A DNA stretch of 56,182 bases, filler included, from Limisphaerales bacterium (GTDB taxonomy: Bacteria; Verrucomicrobiota; Verrucomicrobiia; Limisphaerales; SIBE01), in assembly GCA_044225505.1 (NCBI GenBank). It is 5 parts of 5 records of this genome, joined end to end, with 100 filler letters (N's around TTAATTAATTAA, not from the genome) between each part and the next. Parts side by side here need not be neighbours in the genome. Positions count along the whole stretch, not along the records: positions 45,238 to 56,182 come from JBGAIN010000222.1; 4 more parts are not named here. One strand, 5' to 3'. This document shows, one piece after another, positions 50,052 through 56,182 of the stretch. Positions within the stretch are counted from its first letter, which is position 1; every line of letters starts with the position of its first letter. The notes below the pieces were generated by a model that saw only the letters and a program-made list of their open reading frames with translations, did not search any database and was not told the DNA's origin. Made by a program: the position numbers and the translations under genes.

Positions 50052-50930
50052 ATGAGAACAAACGCGACTTGCCGCTGCCGCGCGGACCACCGTCAAACGA
50101 ACCCTAACGTTCCAGCGCTGCTTCTTCGGCAATGCCTCCGGAGTGCATTGATAGCAGTTGCCGTGGCTCTTGCCGCTTCGATCCATGCCATGAACTCTCG
50201 GCTCATCGTCAATGGAGGATTTGAGACCCCGGATACGCGGACCTATATAGAGATCTATGCGGGCCAGAAGACCATCGCTCCTTGGGTTGTCGGGGGGGAT
50301 AGTGTGGAGGTCGGCGACGCCGCTGGCAATGGCTTTATTGTCGGTCCGGCGTTCGAGGGCGGACAGTTTCTTGACCTCAATGGTCTCGAGCGGGGCCAAC
50401 TGACACAAGCTTTCACCACCACTCCCGGCTCCCTCTACACAGTCACTTTCGCCTATACCGACAACTATTACGAGTCCTCTGAGCCGGCGACGGCCAGCGT
50501 TCGGCTCTTCGACGACCTGGGAGATCGACTGAATCAGACTATTACTCACGTCGGCGCGGTCGCCGGCAATTATCATTGGACGGTCTTCTCTGGACAGTTT
50601 ACCGCGGTTCAGAGCACGACCCGTTTGGAGTTTACTTCATTGAGCGCCTCACCCAGCGGCCACACCGGCAGTGTCATGCTCGATGCCGTCCAGGTGCTTG
50701 AAGGCGGCGCGTTAAGGATTCATTCCATTACCCGCGCCGGAAATGGCGCCGTGGTGCTGAATGTTCGTGGGATCCCAAAGGGTGTGCATCGAATTCAGGC
50801 TTCGACTGACTTGAATGTCGGCAGTTTCACCGACATTGCGACCGTTACCGCCGACGCCGCCGGTCAATTTCAGTATCAAGATACGCGGTCAGACCTAGCG
50901 AAGAGCTATTACCGAGTCGTTCTCCCGTAA
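50052..50930 (+). CDS. DUF642 / galactose-binding-like secreted protein with FYR-type tail
   Basis: IVNGGFETP, FEGGQFLDLNG, QAFTTTPGSLYTVTF, LDAVQV; C-terminal QASTDL...SYYRV. Confidence 0.75.
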   Translation: MRTNATCRCRADHRQTNPNVPALLLRQCLRSALIAVAVALAASIHAMNSRLIVNGGFETPDTRTYIEIYAGQKTIAPWVVGGDSVEVGDAAGNGFIVGPAFEGGQFLDLNGLERGQLTQAFTTTPGSLYTVTFAYTDNYYESSEPATASVRLFDDLGDRLNQTITHVGAVAGNYHWTVFSGQFTAVQSTTRLEFTSLSASPSGHTGSVMLDAVQVLEGGALRIHSITRAGNGAVVLNVRGIPKGVHRIQASTDLNVGSFTDIATVTADAAGQFQYQDTRSDLAKSYYRVVLP

Positions 50931-51032
50931 TGATGCCGAAAACGCCGTAGACCAGTGACAAGCCGACCCTGGTAATCAGCCACGAGGCAGTTTTACCAGG
51001 ACAAATACAAACAAAGACAAAACCCATTGAAA

Positions 51033-52502
51033 ATGTTCAAACCCCTCACATTTCTATCGAACCTTGCCATACTCGGCCTCATCGGCCTAATGCCATTCGG
51101 CGGATTGCGAAATGGACAAGCGACTCCACTGAACCCGGCGGTGACGGTATCTGGCGCCGCTTCTGGAATACCGCAGAAAGGTACGGAATCTCACGACACT
51201 GAACGGTCCCGTGCAAAGCAACTCGGGAGCGTAAGAAATGAAGTCGCCTCAACGCTCTTGCCCGGCACCCACTATGACAATATCGTCAATATCGGCTGTG
51301 GCTGGGCGTCGGGGGTCAACTTCGCCAGCAGCTACGACTGGCCGAGCTTGCTGGAGGCGATCATGAGCGATCCTGCGCATGTTTACGACATCTTGACTTC
51401 TTCGCAAAACATGAAGAGATACCAAAACAGGTATCCGATCCTCGTCAAAGAAGCGCTGGAAGCACGCGACGGAACGTCCATTCGTCTAATTGACGTCGCC
51501 AAAACCGGCCATACGTCGCCTTATGGTCGGTTGGAGATGGATGATCTGGACGCAATCATTGCGGAACAATTCGGCGGCGCGCTCAGCGGCAATACCCTCG
51601 TTCTCTACGAGTTCGGCCCACCCGATTTCATTCGCCTGGTCTCGATGTTGTTCGACCGCGACCCAGAACTAAACCCCATCGCTACCTCATTCGGTGGCGA
51701 ACCGCTTCCACCTGGCGCTGCCGCATTCGGGGATTCCTACTGGCAAGCTCGATTCATGGCAAGTCAGGGTGGTGATCCGTCGATTCCAGACACGGTATTG
51801 CGGAGATATGCGGGGCATTTTCTGCCAACTCAGACCCGGCGCGGAGTTCCTTACGTCGATGAGACGGACGTGCTTGGGCCACCCTATTCAAATAAGTTAA
51901 CGGTGTCCGATCGCTTTTTCGCGAGCTACGCCCGCGATTACCAGCGTCTGCTTGGAAACGCTGGAAGCAAGTATGGCAATAAGGTCGATATCATCGCGAT
52001 CGGCAATGAAAACCCGTACGAAGGCGGGGCGAACTTTCGGCAGTATGGAAACAGCGTCTCAGCGAATACCGCTGCGTGTTTTCCGTGCACGCTGTTCCCG
52101 ACATTCTTTGGCTGCCGGCCCGACACGATTAGCTCGCCGCAACTTGGCATCGACAACGAGTTCGTGCACCCGTTTGCGCGTAAATTAGAGGAGCTCGCGT
52201 TCGACTACACAACAAAGCTGCTTGCACAGGCGAGGGAGCGAGGCGTCAGCATGATCAACGTTTGCAGGCTCTTTGCTGGGCATCATTCGAGATTTGATGA
52301 TCCTACGTCGCCTTACTATGTCGAAGCCGACCCAACGTATTGGGCCTACATGGCGGAGATCAATGCCCTGGGCCATGAAGTGGTCGCGGATGTCATGTTG
52401 CACATTTTGAATACGGGAAAGAGTGTCTACGCCCGGAAGCACAGCGACACATTCCGGCAGCGAGCGCTGGAAAACGAGTTCCCTGGCGTATTCGGTTATT
52501 AA
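51033..52502 (+). CDS. Secreted hypothetical protein, SGNH/GDSL-like fold with altered catalytic motifs
   Basis: Signal peptide; VNIGCGWASG, DVAKTGHTS, EFGPPD, FAGH, AEINALGHEVVA. Confidence 0.5.
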   Translation: MFKPLTFLSNLAILGLIGLMPFGGLRNGQATPLNPAVTVSGAASGIPQKGTESHDTERSRAKQLGSVRNEVASTLLPGTHYDNIVNIGCGWASGVNFASSYDWPSLLEAIMSDPAHVYDILTSSQNMKRYQNRYPILVKEALEARDGTSIRLIDVAKTGHTSPYGRLEMDDLDAIIAEQFGGALSGNTLVLYEFGPPDFIRLVSMLFDRDPELNPIATSFGGEPLPPGAAAFGDSYWQARFMASQGGDPSIPDTVLRRYAGHFLPTQTRRGVPYVDETDVLGPPYSNKLTVSDRFFASYARDYQRLLGNAGSKYGNKVDIIAIGNENPYEGGANFRQYGNSVSANTAACFPCTLFPTFFGCRPDTISSPQLGIDNEFVHPFARKLEELAFDYTTKLLAQARERGVSMINVCRLFAGHHSRFDDPTSPYYVEADPTYWAYMAEINALGHEVVADVMLHILNTGKSVYARKHSDTFRQRALENEFPGVFGY

Positions 52503-52902
52503 GCGTGAGGGTAGACACGGCGCTCAATCGGGCCCGGGAGGCCCCGCTCAGGGGAGCCTCGGGTGTGATTAAAATTGGGTGAGATTAAGGACCGCGGCGG
52601 TGTCGTCAGACCAGCCGCGGAATTTCTACCTTTTCAAGAGCTCTTCGAACCACACGAGGTGTTTTCGCGGATGCGGCGCTGCTGCGGCTAGGCTTCGTCG
52701 GACTCGCCATAGCCGCGCCCCGTGGAAGATATTGCGGCTGACCTCACCCACTTTAATTCATGCCCGGGAGCCCCCGGTGGGACACCCAGGCTCGACCATC
52801 GCAGGCGCGAGCGCCAAACTCAGTCCGAACACTGGCACCATGACAATTCTGCCCAGACCCAAATCACAGGGAGGCTCGAACCCCGGTCAATAGGATTGAA
52901 TT

Positions 52903-55071
<2,169 letters not shown>

Positions 55072-55104
55072 AATCCTTAAATGGCCCACCCCGCCCATGG
55101 CCAT

Positions 55105-55451
55105 AGTCAAGGTCAGCCCTTGAGTTAAAAGTTAACGAGTTACGTCAGCTCGCATGGAGCAACAGGTCGTCGCGTTGACAGCGACAAGGGAAGGAGAAAA
55201 CTGGCGGCGTCGTGGCGAGGTTGCTCCGGATTCAATTCGTGGGGGCCATTTATCCTGTGAGGGTGCGCGGGGCGGCCGCCTGGGTGCTAGTGCGGCACGC
55301 GGGATTAATGGTAATGCCATTCGGCAATTGCCTCCTGGCGCCCCGGATGGGGCAACTCGAGAATAGCTCGGCGTTTTAACGCCGAGGTTGAATGGGCGCG
55401 ATTCCAAGTCCCGACGGGACGGCCGAGGACGTGGCATTGAACGGAAGAACC
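55105..55451 (+). repeat. About 347-bp non-coding direct repeat, copy 1
   Basis: AGTCAAGGTCAGCCCTT...GAACGGAAGAACC recurs at 55837-56182. Confidence 0.92.
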
Positions 55452-55595
55452 GGAGATTAAGCGGATCACAAGGTCGTAGAACCCAAACGCCCTTTCTCGC
55501 CGCACTCAGCCGCCCCTCCGGGGCTTGGGCCCTCTCACGTGAGCACCCGGCGCTAAAGCGACCGGGCTTCTCTCATTCTGTCCCTTCCGGGACTG
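55340..55595. repeat. Inverted pair of REP-like triple-hairpin elements (REPIN-like)
   Basis: GCCCCggatGGGGC, CTCGGCGTTttAACGCCGAG, GTCCCgacGGGAC at about 55340-55430; diverged inverted counterpart at about 55505-55595. Confidence 0.65.
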
Positions 55596-55674
55596 AATAG
55601 AATCACCGAATGGCATTAGGATTAACGGATCGGGCCGCTGGATTCTCAGCGCTAAATCCAGAAACGGCGATTGG

Positions 55675-55795
55675 AACCGCGGAATACGCGAAGCACGCTG
55701 AAAATCAGGAGCTTTAGAGGAGCGAACTCAGGGATCCTTGGCGTGAACAACTCTTCACGGCTTCTCCTTCCGCGTATTCAGCGTGTTCCGCGGTT
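55675..55795. repeat. Imperfect inverted repeat (AACCGCGGAA-type)
   Basis: AACCGCGGAATACGCGAAGCACGCTGAA versus TTCCGCGTATTCAGCGTGTTCCGCGGTT. Confidence 0.55.
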
Positions 55796-55836
55796 TGATC
55801 TGCCGCCCTTAGCCAAAGCGTCCGAGCTGGGCGCGC

Positions 55837-56182
55837 AGTCAAGGTCAGCCCTTAAGTTAGAAGTTAGCGAGGTTTGTCAGCTTGCTTCGAGCAACAGGTC
55901 GTCGCGTTGACAGCGACAAGGAAGGAGAAAACTGGCGGCGTCGTGGCGAGGTTACTCCGGATTCAATTCGTGGGGGCCATTTATCCTGTGAGGGTGCGCG
56001 GGGCGGCGGCCTGGGTGTTCGTGCGGCACGCGGAATTTATTCTAATGCCATTCGGCAATTGCCTCCTGGCGCCCCGGATGGGGCAACTCGAGAATAGCTC
56101 GGCGTTTTAACGCCGAGGTTGAATGGGCGCGATTCCAAGTCCCGACGGGACGGCCGAGGACGTGGCATTGAACGGAAGAACC
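55837..56182 (+). repeat. About 346-bp non-coding direct repeat, copy 2 (runs to window end)
   Basis: Near-identical to 55105-55451; 3' part identical, substitutions clustered in the 5' part. Confidence 0.92.

Noticed and set aside
52560..52900. Third ECF promoter or sigma remnant before the second kinase
   Set aside because: Only weak partial matches (GGTGTCGTC) without a correctly spaced CGCCTTG
55105..56182. Possible DGR template/variable repeat pair
   Set aside because: Mismatches include C/T, G/C and T/G, so are not adenine-specific; no reverse transcriptase or target ORF

Overview
Draft genome or MAG, most likely Verrucomicrobiota (Pedosphaera/Limisphaera-like). The taxon is inferred from a PVC-type CxxCH dehydrogenase, a TIGR02999-type ECF sigma with Ser/Thr kinases, an H-X9-DG-type pseudopilin and FYR-tail secreted proteins. 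The window is not contiguous: five contigs of about 11 kb (1-11853, 11954-23013, 23114-34073, 34174-45137, 45238-56182) are joined by artificial 100-nt N/TTAATTAATTAA linkers. Contig 1: addA 3' end, PVC heme dehydrogenase, peroxiredoxin, Lrp, an active Deg protease plus an inactive paralog, and a YbbAP-like ABC pair. Contig 2: carbohydrate locus with an AraC-divergent operon (GDP-mannose 3,5-epimerase, fucokinase-like GHMP kinase, tandem nucleotidyltransferase, GH29). This operon is the best candidate for a new system, a Leloir-like L-galactose salvage route. Contig 3: amide/peptide hydrolase island, plus a LytS/LytTR pair with 21-bp-periodic boxes upstream of a small protein and a pseudopilin. 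Contig 4: large Gly-rich secreted proteins, an internally deleted RAYT and an integrase-less integron remnant (attI-like site, GNAT, attC). Contig 5: ECF sigma, a kinase-WD40 with an inserted CBM, a shared ECF-like promoter, a second kinase and REP-bearing repeats. No rRNA, tRNA or CRISPR was seen. All calls come from visual motif reading; no searches were run.
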